64,000 bases of DNA. It comes from Thermodesulfobacteriota bacterium (lineage in GTDB: Bacteria; Desulfobacterota; Desulfobaccia; Desulfobaccales; 0-14-0-80-60-11). Shown one piece after another: positions 54,501 to 63,474 of the stretch. The stretch is from assembly GCA_049322355.1 (NCBI GenBank), contig JBMORG010000001.1:19410-83409 (forward strand), written 5' to 3'. Under the pieces are notes generated by a model. It was not told the origin of the DNA, made no database searches, and saw only the letters and a list, made by a program, of their open reading frames with translations. The number at the start of each line of letters is the position of its first letter. Position 1 is the first letter of the stretch. The position numbers were made by a program, and so were the translations under genes.

Positions 54501-57263
54501 CATCGATATGAGGAGCTGATGCTGCATAGCCACCGTCTTCAGGAGAAGATTGAGAGTCAAACTGAAGAAACAGCTATCTTGCGGGCCTGGAACACCTTCT
54601 TTTCCCGCTTAGACTCCCGTACCACTCAGAACCTTGGAGCCTGGACTAAAGCAATAGCCCGTATTGGCAAAGGCACGGGAAAATACGCGTACCGCCGTCG
54701 CCGGGAGGCACGTAAGTACCTGATGGAATGTATCCCTAAAATGCCCGCCTGGGTTATGCCCCTCCACAAACTGTGGGAAACTGTGGAGGCCGTCCCGGGG
54801 CTTTTCGACACCATCATTATAGATGAAGCTTCCCAGGCAGGGATAGAGTCTTTGGTTCTTCTATTGCTCGGCAAACGAATCATTGTGGTTGGCGATGATA
54901 AACAGAATAGCCCCGAGGCGGTAGGAGTACTCGAAGACGACATCGCCAGACTGGTTAGGGAACATCTGGAAGAATTCCACTTCCGGTACGAGTATCGCCC
55001 GGATACCAGTCTTTTTGATCATGCCGAACGCGCCTTCGGAAACCTTATTTCCCTTCGGGAACATTTCCGGTGCGTACCAGAAATTATCCGATTCAGCAAT
55101 GACTTGTGTTATAGAGAAGCGCCCCTGATTCCCTTGCGCCAAGCACCGCCTGAGCGCCTTTCTCCCTTGCGCCATACTTTTGTGCCCAATGGTACCTGTC
55201 AAGGGGACGGTCAGAGAATTCGCAATCTCCCCGAAGCTGAGGAACTCGTCCTAACCATCAAACAATGCCTGGAAGACGAAGCCTATGAAGGGAAATCCAT
55301 GGGCGTGATCGTATTGCAAGGGAAAGCACAGGGGGAACTTATTGAAAGGATACTGGCTTTGGAACTCGATCCTCAGGTCATCGCTGAACGGAGACTTCGT
55401 TGCGGCGTCCCAGCCACCTTTCAGGGGGATCAGCGTGATGTTATCTTCCTTTCTATGGTAATCGCTCCTGATAAGCACATCACCGCCCAAACTACGCTTC
55501 CTGCCCAACGTCGGTACAACGTTGCCATGAGTCGCGCCCGTGACCAGGTATGGTTGTTTCACAGTATGCAACCTCATGACCTTAGCAAAGACTGCCTACG
55601 GCGTCGCTTGCTGTTCTTCTTCCTGCGTCCATCAATTTTATCTCTGGAAACTGAGGAACTGGAGCGTCTGGAAAAGGAGGCTCTAAGGACCCCAAGGCGG
55701 ATAGGTAGCCAACCAACCCCTTATGAAAGTTGGTTTGAAGTCGATGTTGCTCTTGAGTTGTTGCGCCGCAATTATCGTGTTCACCCCCAATATGAAGTGG
55801 CCGGGAAAAGGATTGATCTGGTAATCGAAGGGACTGAATCCCGTTTGGCAGTGGAATGTGATGGCGATGCATGGCACGGACCGGAAGAATATGACCGGGA
55901 CATGGCACGGCAACGACAGCTTGAGCGCGCCGGCTGGACATTTTTCCGCGTTAGAGAGTCGGAATTTTATATCGATCGTAACCGGACTACCCAAGACATC
56001 ACTCGGGTATGCAATGAATTGGGGATTATCCCGGAGAGGCAGGAGTCAGAGCTTGAGACCGATATGGCGGTCTCGGGACAAGAAATAGAAACAGATGCTG
56101 AAGCCTTTCAAGCCTCTGAGCCTATAGAAAATAATGGCCAGCCGAGCCTTGATTTTCCAGAGTCAGAAGAAGGCCCCTTTACTGGATACTCTGGGCTTAA
56201 TTTTTCCGATCCCAGGGAGGCCTCCCCGGTAGATCTGAGGGAGACGCTGATGAGAATCATTAGCCAGGATGGCCCTCTTTCTCGGGAATCTATTTATCGG
56301 TTGTACGCCGAAGGGTGTCCCCATCTGCACCGTATCACCAAGACTATTCGAGAAAAAATCAACCGCACCCTTGGAGCCATGTTGCGGACAGGGGAAATTG
56401 TGCACGAAGATGAACTGGGTAAAGGTCGACCTCAGGGGATGATTGTCCGGCGGACAGGAACTCCGTTAGTACGATTAAGGCCTGCAGGGCGCCGCGACTT
56501 AGAGGAGATACCTCCTTCAGAAATTTTGCTGCTTTTGGAGAGACTCAAAATAGATGCTTCTACACGTGATTTCTTCGGAGAGGATTTGATTTTCCGCAAG
56601 ATTTTGGATCATTATGGGTTTCAGAAACTGACAAGATCAAGACGAAAACATCTCCAAGCTGTATTATTTTCCTCACGACAGAAGAACTTATTTCAACCAT
56701 TAGTGTCCGATAGAACAGTTATGGACAAAGAGGAGATTAGCAAGTTACATCAGGACAGGCATTTACGGTATGGATCCAATTTTTTTGAAGAGCATCAGGC
56801 ACGAGATGGAATAGAGGATTCAGAAAATGCAAAAGGCTGGAACGAATCTTCATTTTTTCAAGATATGAGGACTAAAGGTTTTGAAGCGGTTTTAGATGTA
56901 GCTTTCAATATGTTGGAATGGATTAAATCAAAGAAAGTTGATCTGGAATATGGCAAGGGCGCGGTTACTGGTTCTTTTTATCCGGTGATTGATTCCAAAG
57001 GCAAAAGATATAGACTTTTTACCGTTTATTCTGACGGACGAATGGAAATTTGGTTCGCTTATATAAAACAGATCCCACCCTTCGATCAAGAACAAAACCT
57101 TTCAGAATTACTTTTCCGTTTGAATCAAATTGCAGGGGTTTCTCTTGCAAAAGAATCCGTAAATCGCTATCCCGGCATTAAATTATCTGTATTTGCAGAA
57201 GGTCAGGCTTTAAAGCAGTTTTTTGCCATATTTGATTGGGTATTCCAAGAAATCAATGTGTAG
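51570..57263 (+). CDS. Giant SF1 (Upf1-like AAA_11/AAA_12) helicase with a DUF4011-like N-terminus, a DUF559/Vsr-like endonuclease domain and additional C-terminal modules (Hhe-like); an alternative start lies at 51582
   Basis: DUF4011-like ELFLGLGLLVWKD...LLTGLAEIDFD. Walker A VVKGPPGTGKSNT, motif II IIIDEASQ, FRCVPEIIRFSN, ATFQGDQRDVIFLSMV and RRYNVAMSRARDQVWLF are present. The nuclease core is RIDLVIEG...LAVECDGDAWHG...RQRQLERAGWTFFRV. Confidence 0.8.
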   Translation: MASSMTDEEKSLSLLRFLKDVVSIRRQRLPRYTDNDKLIWFTKLPRERQECRSPLLFWESEETPDFWLEVKKTRPPLRASLPGELTDWIDSKELEDVNKEPEIPSSITVFVEQNVPDPEAPPGQQRIITEKVPVQHHLEDYPKLQEAWLNYLVNEWEPWAEKKRRWQEVQTIYEDVDFMRRRLEESEERFELFLGLGLLVWKDSTEKLVRRHLLTGLAEIDFDAARGILRVVPAATFETFRIEMDMLELQDRPRIDEQQIQKKLEDLDINAWDTCKVGEILREIANRAKGDSQVDEDSFEIPRPGDNTLRVSFAPAFVLRERRFTAPEEVIGRLLDRISDSPNETTKPWDQFLAEGVSNDQEVNNVFGENTITYPQSVERIFFPRPTNEEQRQIIHRLQASSSVVVKGPPGTGKSNTIANLISHLLATGERVLVTAQAPKALDVLRNMVPRGLQNLCLTALSSSREDQRLLEEGVRGIVGRKNDWETEKENWPHEITERDLRLNHLEKELANTERQLREYREAETFPHILPGGYEGTAAQIARQLEQERETLGWFPEVVQSQNNFPLSEDELLLLAEMHRKLTPENEQELDLETGDFDLLSPSDFSHVLTGLEEAIEKADTASQSADPDKLEILKDSATETINKTAITLKTIEENWLRSTRALGEMAHSVYEDLLVTHRSHWNLLYQHTKTILEQIEVNQERLAGAEVHIPPELSLPQLLSDTERRLDHLVKGGRIGIWFFQPKIIRETNYLEEQCRVNGCRPQEQEHLERIIACLRLQANIQEFQAQWPQPIDIMNGDNIRAAMAARELVTELEHILSLFDDFGNDVVPCIPVSFRATLGSQAQRLIWLKAIEAELARRDLETHQEPLSDCHQQIQSCLNSGRAHPSLSRLAEAIYAHDRAAWHGAWEQREIVKENRLRLKKYRELISRLRPLSPGLPELLQTHQGDQEWTPRLLALEKAWHWALACNWIAATSDPHRYEELMLHSHRLQEKIESQTEETAILRAWNTFFSRLDSRTTQNLGAWTKAIARIGKGTGKYAYRRRREARKYLMECIPKMPAWVMPLHKLWETVEAVPGLFDTIIIDEASQAGIESLVLLLLGKRIIVVGDDKQNSPEAVGVLEDDIARLVREHLEEFHFRYEYRPDTSLFDHAERAFGNLISLREHFRCVPEIIRFSNDLCYREAPLIPLRQAPPERLSPLRHTFVPNGTCQGDGQRIRNLPEAEELVLTIKQCLEDEAYEGKSMGVIVLQGKAQGELIERILALELDPQVIAERRLRCGVPATFQGDQRDVIFLSMVIAPDKHITAQTTLPAQRRYNVAMSRARDQVWLFHSMQPHDLSKDCLRRRLLFFFLRPSILSLETEELERLEKEALRTPRRIGSQPTPYESWFEVDVALELLRRNYRVHPQYEVAGKRIDLVIEGTESRLAVECDGDAWHGPEEYDRDMARQRQLERAGWTFFRVRESEFYIDRNRTTQDITRVCNELGIIPERQESELETDMAVSGQEIETDAEAFQASEPIENNGQPSLDFPESEEGPFTGYSGLNFSDPREASPVDLRETLMRIISQDGPLSRESIYRLYAEGCPHLHRITKTIREKINRTLGAMLRTGEIVHEDELGKGRPQGMIVRRTGTPLVRLRPAGRRDLEEIPPSEILLLLERLKIDASTRDFFGEDLIFRKILDHYGFQKLTRSRRKHLQAVLFSSRQKNLFQPLVSDRTVMDKEEISKLHQDRHLRYGSNFFEEHQARDGIEDSENAKGWNESSFFQDMRTKGFEAVLDVAFNMLEWIKSKKVDLEYGKGAVTGSFYPVIDSKGKRYRLFTVYSDGRMEIWFAYIKQIPPFDQEQNLSELLFRLNQIAGVSLAKESVNRYPGIKLSVFAEGQALKQFFAIFDWVFQEINV

Positions 57264-57397
57264 ATCTTACCCAAGCGAGTGGTCGGTCAACCCCAAGCGA
57301 CTGCACGTGAGGTCGTTAGGGATCACATTGCGAGCCGCACTATGAAATTGTGAAAAAACTGACCAGGGTTGGTTCTTGGCATGTCTTTTCCACTCCG

Positions 57398-60300
57398 TCA
57401 AGCTCCGGCAGGCGGGAATTTCCATTGCCGCGAGTCTGTGGACTGGTTTTGGGTATTAGTTTTTCGCTGCAAGAATACATCAATGTCTTTAATCTCAAAA
57501 AAGGCTATCGCTGCTTGGTCTTGCCCATGTAAATGAATAATTTGTCTATCGAAAGGTTTTTTATAAGGTGCGTAGGCATTACTACCGCCATACTTGCCGT
57601 TATTTGCAACAATGACCATCTGAAACATATGATAGTGCAAGGCCATCGCCATATTGTCAAAAGTGTTTACATCTTTATTCATCGCTGGAACAGCGAAAAT
57701 ATCCGAGCGATTCCGTAAATCAGCAGCGAGTGTGATATCCGTAGCGTCGTAACAGATGGAAGCTGTGAGCCATAATGGCCGGGTTTGATCTCGACTACAC
57801 CATTCATAACCTACTAACCACTGGCATGGTCTAAAACTTTGGATGACTTGTCCTCGTCCCGATCTATTCGACTCCACCTCCTCTTGGGCGAGGTGGTACT
57901 TGCCTTGTTCGCGAATATAAATCCGTAAACCATGTGTTTCGGACCATGCCGGAATTACCCAAAGTGCCGAGTTTACTAAAGGTGGCTGACCCGCCAAGAG
58001 TTCTTTATAGGTTAATCCCACTGTAATTATTGCCTTATGTGCACGAGCGAAAGGTACAAGATGCGTTGGGATGTCTTTTGGATGGACGGAAAGCTCTGGT
58101 AAAATTAACCAATCAAGGCGCCTTCCAAGCGTCTTGTGTGTCTCTCGGAGTGTCAACAATCTCTCGATTGCAACCAACGTTGCCGATAGATGATTGCGGT
58201 GGCGTCTGCGGATATTCGGGCCTGGTAGAGTGAGGTCTGCCGGGGGTTTGAATTCATCATCGGTTGGAATTACGGTTTGGGCAACGCATACCCTCAAAGG
58301 CCGGTCCACATCAGTCTTGTCGAGTCGGGGTGCTTCAAGATTGAGCATCAATACATGGCTTGATCTTCCCACGATTATCTTTTTAAAAAATTTATCAATG
58401 AGGTCTCGTGTTCTCTTAATTCCATCGCGAACATACTCAACGATCTCGGATACCTCGGAGTTTCGACAACCAGGCCAATGGAGCAAGGCGAATAGAAGTT
58501 GTTCAGTCCAGTACGAGATTGGTAACCAGTAATCACCGAAAGCGGAATGCTCGTTAAGCAGACCGTAGAGTCTTTGATACCAATGGCTGCAAGGAGCCCG
58601 ATATATTGCCATTTCTTCTTTCCAATGAGGCAACCGTACCACCAGCGTGAAGTCTTGCCGAGCCGTCAGAATGAACCTCATAAGATACCCGAGTTGTAAA
58701 CGCCAGCGTTCTTCAGGCGGGCACCACGACGGTGGTCGGTACATCGATCCCTTGGGATCGACTCGACTTGGAACTATCTCAATTTCATCGACTGTGGACA
58801 ACGGGTCGTTTAAATCTGAGAGCCTGACATAAATGTCTGATGGAGTGACAACCTCGTTATCGTTGAATTCGGGCCATTTTTCTAAAAGCTTTATTGCGAA
58901 TGAGATAATCGCAACTTCATTTCGGAGTTGGTTCTTTGGACCTTTTTGAAGTACCAAATCCGCGAGTGTTGACCACTGATCCTCCTTAACTTTTTTTTCT
59001 AAACATAAGTCACTGCGAACTCTCGGAGAGACCTCTACGGACAGCTCAGGTTTTGATTCAAGGATTTCAATTACAAAAGAGGGGTCTCGTTCTGCAATTT
59101 GGTTCAAAAGATGAGGGGTTATATTTTGTTCAATTAGTTTGATCGCTGCCTTTTGGTCAAGAAATGATCGTCGCGACAAAGTAGACAAGGTGGCAAAATC
59201 AGCATTGTTTAAGCCATCACTTTCACCACTTAAGAAATTAATTAATTCAATGTAATGTTTGGTCTCAGAATCATGTTCCGCGCGAAGGATTGATACTTGC
59301 GTGGGATTGTTTGCAGCGAGGAACAAAAGAACTTGCTGCCTAAGATACCACGGCAGAGTAATGGCAGGCAGTGAAAGGAGTCGCTTAGCTTCTTCCAAAA
59401 GAACTGAACGATAATCCGCAAGTTTTATTCCATTTGGAAGAGATGAATTGTCATCAACAAATCCTGTTTCGGTGGCGCCTGCACGGAAAATCTCGGATAA
59501 ACAGTACCAAGCTACGCGGCAGAGAGCCTTGCGGGGCGCACCAGTTTCGGTAAAAGGCCTCAACAAGTTCAAAACATTTTCTAGAACATCCTTAGCAGGC
59601 CAAAGGTCCAGCCCGATGCGAAGAAGACGCACATTAGACGGATCTTCAACCCATGTCTCTATGAGTCCAAGGGCGAATGCTTTTACTTCTTCATCAAGAT
59701 CAGCTTGGGTGCGAAGCGACCCGAAATTATCTGTCCGACATGCATCAGGCTCTTTTTCGAGTTGTTCTTTTTTGGGGCCACAGTCCTCTAAAAGTGGTCT
59801 AAGTGAACGATAAGTACTTCTGAATCGTCCTGCTGCGAAACGTGCAACTGTCTCATCTCGAACGTCCGGAATTGGAGAGAAAGCCCATCCATTTTCCTTC
59901 AAACGTTCCTCAGAATAGCGCCGCTGGGACCGTATCAACCCCTGGATAGAATATAGGATATCTTGCCCAGCGACGGCATCGAATCCCCCGGAGATCGCGC
60001 CCTGTATGCGCTTCATCTTTTTGCTTTGCATCAAAATTGGAGGCTCGTCAACACCAAATGCAGCAGCTTTGGTCTTATCCTTGGATACTTTTAACCCACC
60101 CGCATGGATGTCCAGTAATTCCTGAAGCCAACCGACAATATTCTTCTCAAGGTCAGGGAAGTGAATGGCTTGATCAACCGTCAATACGATTCGAAGATCA
60201 TCAACATAACGACAAACATCTATTACTCTGATGCCAGTTTCGATCTCTTGCGTTATAAATTTCCTCAACCCTTGATCGAAGTCAAGGAGGGAGATGTTCG

Positions 60301-61171
60301 CGAAAAATCCCGCAGAAACAAGACCTTGTGGCAGTGCAACTTTCGAGAAATCCCCAAGGTCCTCTGCAGATGCATACCTCATTACTTCATTCTTGTCTTT
60401 CGCATGCCAGGTCCAAGACAAAAGCCTTTTGACAAAATCATAAAATCCTGGATCGTCATCTGTTGTTTTTAAGGCTTCAATTTTCTCATTCAGCAGGGCT
60501 GGCCGAACCCTGTCGTAGAACTGGCTTAAATCCGAATACACAATCGTGACTCGAGTTCCTGGGGAATTGTTGACAGCCTCAGCCCGACCAACAAATTCCG
60601 GTCTCTCAAGGAATTTTTGGTAATCCTGAAAATAGGCGCGGTAGAGCTTTCCCGAACCCCATCGGTGATGTAATGTTCCGTCACAGCTTTTGTCACAAAA
60701 AAGGCGGTTTCCATAGGAAATAACCTTGTATCTATCGGTGGCTTCTTTAATTGAGGAGCTTGGATCTCCCTGGATTGTTTCTGTCCGATCAGCAAGGCAC
60801 AACATAACAGCAGTAGCGGCAACTTGATCCTTAAGGCTCACATGGGCCAACGGACGGAGTTTTACGGAGTTTTCTCTCTTCTTTGCTGGCTTCGGCTTCC
60901 ATTCGTTTGTTTGAGGATTAACAAGCCACTGTTGGCTCTTTGGGGCAGGCACAAGCCGGATTGGGTCATTTAACCATTGTTCGGGAGTCATTAGCTCTTC
61001 GGCCAAATCGGCAAGGAATTGCCGGAGGTTAACCGTAGCTCGATCTAACTCGAGGGTGTCAGAGTACCAGTTATGGTTACGGATATATGAGGAGGTCTTC
61101 TTCCATGCCTGTATGAGGACCTCTTCCCGGCACAGGTTCTCAAGGCGAGGAAGGAGGAATTCATCATCCAT
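57398..61171 (-). CDS. Reverse transcriptase fused to a C-terminal nitrilase (CN-hydrolase) domain; DRT type 1 / UG1-like defence RT
   Basis: RT motifs are SDLSQFYDRV (A), LPQGLVSAGFFANI (B) and RYVDDLRIV (C; the YVDD codons at 60197-60208 were verified). The nitrilase triad context is LRVCVAQT..., WLILPELSVHP and SICYDATD (Cys codon at 57752-57754). Confidence 0.8.
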   Translation of the reverse strand: MDDEFLLPRLENLCREEVLIQAWKKTSSYIRNHNWYSDTLELDRATVNLRQFLADLAEELMTPEQWLNDPIRLVPAPKSQQWLVNPQTNEWKPKPAKKRENSVKLRPLAHVSLKDQVAATAVMLCLADRTETIQGDPSSSIKEATDRYKVISYGNRLFCDKSCDGTLHHRWGSGKLYRAYFQDYQKFLERPEFVGRAEAVNNSPGTRVTIVYSDLSQFYDRVRPALLNEKIEALKTTDDDPGFYDFVKRLLSWTWHAKDKNEVMRYASAEDLGDFSKVALPQGLVSAGFFANISLLDFDQGLRKFITQEIETGIRVIDVCRYVDDLRIVLTVDQAIHFPDLEKNIVGWLQELLDIHAGGLKVSKDKTKAAAFGVDEPPILMQSKKMKRIQGAISGGFDAVAGQDILYSIQGLIRSQRRYSEERLKENGWAFSPIPDVRDETVARFAAGRFRSTYRSLRPLLEDCGPKKEQLEKEPDACRTDNFGSLRTQADLDEEVKAFALGLIETWVEDPSNVRLLRIGLDLWPAKDVLENVLNLLRPFTETGAPRKALCRVAWYCLSEIFRAGATETGFVDDNSSLPNGIKLADYRSVLLEEAKRLLSLPAITLPWYLRQQVLLFLAANNPTQVSILRAEHDSETKHYIELINFLSGESDGLNNADFATLSTLSRRSFLDQKAAIKLIEQNITPHLLNQIAERDPSFVIEILESKPELSVEVSPRVRSDLCLEKKVKEDQWSTLADLVLQKGPKNQLRNEVAIISFAIKLLEKWPEFNDNEVVTPSDIYVRLSDLNDPLSTVDEIEIVPSRVDPKGSMYRPPSWCPPEERWRLQLGYLMRFILTARQDFTLVVRLPHWKEEMAIYRAPCSHWYQRLYGLLNEHSAFGDYWLPISYWTEQLLFALLHWPGCRNSEVSEIVEYVRDGIKRTRDLIDKFFKKIIVGRSSHVLMLNLEAPRLDKTDVDRPLRVCVAQTVIPTDDEFKPPADLTLPGPNIRRRHRNHLSATLVAIERLLTLRETHKTLGRRLDWLILPELSVHPKDIPTHLVPFARAHKAIITVGLTYKELLAGQPPLVNSALWVIPAWSETHGLRIYIREQGKYHLAQEEVESNRSGRGQVIQSFRPCQWLVGYEWCSRDQTRPLWLTASICYDATDITLAADLRNRSDIFAVPAMNKDVNTFDNMAMALHYHMFQMVIVANNGKYGGSNAYAPYKKPFDRQIIHLHGQDQAAIAFFEIKDIDVFLQRKTNTQNQSTDSRQWKFPPAGA

Positions 61172-61765
61172 AATAAAGAGGCTCTTCGAAAATTTCTTTC
61201 GGAATTTAAAAATCCAAATGCATAGGTTCTATGATTTATTTTTCTAACCAAATTTTCTTGTCAAGGCATGCTATCATAAAATTGGTCCCAGCGGGGGGAT
61301 ATCTGTCAGGAACTCTCCCAGACAAAAAGGAATAAATTGATTGTTGGGCGCGGTGTCCGGATCAAGCATATACGGGGAGGGGGAGTCCCAGTCCCCGTTT
61401 TCGAGTTTTTCTTCTTCCTAATATATTGCGTATTTTTGAACACCTTAGTGGGCACTGGGTAGTTAGCATCAGCCCTTTGCCATTGCCCTGGCCCCCGACG
61501 CAAGTGGCGGCGCCGGGCAGTCAGTCAAGGCTAAGGGTTCTTTTGGGGGGAGGGTAAGGTCAGGGGCCGAGGGAGATCGTCTCCTTGGGTTCTGAGGATG
61601 CGGTGCATCCAAATTTATGTAAACGTATTTTGTTGCCGAAACCATGTTTCTCGATCAATTTATAAGGACTTAGCTTAAGAAACTGAAGTTTTTGGGATTT
61701 TTCCGGGCAAAGAGGCTCCAAAAAAGTTGTATAGAAGAGAGAAATTCAGACATATACAATACAGA

Positions 61766-62932
61766 TCATGGCTTTATGTCCACTCCTGGAGGCCTTATGT
61801 CTTTTCTATACGTTATATCACGGATATATTCGCGGTTTATTCCAATAAGTTCCACCTTCTTCCCATAAGTTAAGTCTCTAAAAAAATCAGATTTTTGTGC
61901 TTCTACAATATTGGCTACAAATATAGTTTCATTTGTCTCATTAATTAAAATGACTGGTCCAGTCTCAATGCATGGCGCAGATTGCGTTTCATGGTTATTA
62001 GAAAATTTTTTCATTATTTTCTCTGGCATTTCTCTATGGCAGTATAAATTTACTATTGGTGCAGTACTATAATCTGCTCCACCTTTTTCAATAGGGATAT
62101 ATGGATAAAAGAATACCGCAAAGGTATGTATACTAAAAATATAAAGAATAAAAACCATAGAAAATGAAATAGCTGTAGCGAAACTCTTAAACCCTTTTGA
62201 AACACTATGCTCTGCAATAAACATATCGACAATCTTGTATATTATAATTCCAAGTAAAAAGATAATTAATAAAAAATTATAACCATATCTACAAAATACC
62301 ATCGTATACAATTTTTTAAACATAGCTGGAAATACATTAATATTAACTATAGTACAAATTACCATTATTTGTAGCGCAAATATTGTTATGCAGAAAGCAC
62401 AGTTTGCCCTACTAAGGAAATCATCTTTATTAACTATTTTAAAGTTATGTAATAGGTCAATAATATTTCTCAGCATAAATATCATAAAAATGGGCACAAA
62501 ATTGAAACCAATTAAGATGGGGTTTGCCCTTAATTCACCGTGAACTGAATAAAAGGCAAATGAAAAAAAGGTAATGAGAGATAGAAATATTGTTATTAAT
62601 GAGCATCCGATTGTCCAAAAATAAATTATTCTGTCTTCTCCCCAAAAAATACCAAAAAGATTAATCCTTTTTTTATTTTCATTACATACTTTTAGAAAAT
62701 AGAAAAAAATAATCCAAGGAACAAGTAATATAATTACTAATATTGAGTAAATAGTGCCTATATGAATATATTTCAACTTAATAAATGATCCTAAATCTAA
62801 TAGCCCTAACCTACTAAAATGTGTATATACGATTAAAAAACCAGAACCATAAACAAAAGCAACCAATAAAATAAACCACTTAGGGCCTTCAAACTTAATC
62901 CCGCTTAAATGATCTTCCATAAGCCGCCTCAC
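61766..62932 (-). CDS. Orphan polytopic membrane protein (about 8-9 TM helices plus a ~100-aa soluble C-terminal domain), extremely AT-rich
   Basis: Hydrophobic helices run throughout (FILLVAFVYGSGFLIVY, IYSILVIILLVPWIIFFYF, LITIFLSLITFFSFAFY and others). No recognisable catalytic motif. Confidence 0.55.
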   Translation of the reverse strand: MRRLMEDHLSGIKFEGPKWFILLVAFVYGSGFLIVYTHFSRLGLLDLGSFIKLKYIHIGTIYSILVIILLVPWIIFFYFLKVCNENKKRINLFGIFWGEDRIIYFWTIGCSLITIFLSLITFFSFAFYSVHGELRANPILIGFNFVPIFMIFMLRNIIDLLHNFKIVNKDDFLSRANCAFCITIFALQIMVICTIVNINVFPAMFKKLYTMVFCRYGYNFLLIIFLLGIIIYKIVDMFIAEHSVSKGFKSFATAISFSMVFILYIFSIHTFAVFFYPYIPIEKGGADYSTAPIVNLYCHREMPEKIMKKFSNNHETQSAPCIETGPVILINETNETIFVANIVEAQKSDFFRDLTYGKKVELIGINREYIRDITYRKDIRPPGVDIKP

Positions 62933-63474
62933 ACGAGGAATGAATTATTACAAGTAGCAGATTTATGCAAAGAATCTAAAACGAGTTACTATATAACTTA
63001 GCGTAATCACAAAAAATACTCTCGTTTTATGGTGGAGCTTTCAGCCAGAGAGGAGGATAGCATAAATTTTAAATGATTTATAATAAATGAAACATCAAAT
63101 ATAATTTTTTCAAAATTTTATTCCTAAACCGACCTTCACCCGCTCTACTCCCCGACCGAAAAATCGAAAAATTCCCAGACCGATCATATTAACCAGGGGG
63201 GAGTAGGAGTCCCGTCTCCGGTTTTTACTCTGGGGTGGGAAGAAAGGGATGTAAGGGAGGGGGCTGGGGTCTGAGTAGACAGGGGTAAGTCAATCCATTC
63301 TCCCCTTGTTGGCCGGCGGCGGAAAGGGGACCGTTGTGGGGGTGGCATGAGAAGCCAGGACTGCAGGACCGAATGGACAGGAAAAGATTGGGGAGGGGCA
63401 CCGGACAAAGCGGTAAAGGTGCGATCTTAATATGAAGGGATCTTTCGATCCCTGATCCCCATCAATAATAATCT

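Noticed and set aside
61372-61402. A terminator-like hairpin here resembles one at 63196-63222 (shared ggagtccc...ccg/tttt). It was considered as direct repeats flanking the AT-rich membrane-protein cassette.
   Set aside because: The similarity is limited to ~20 nt of a G/C hairpin plus a T-run, and the flanks do not align. This is too weak to call cassette boundaries.
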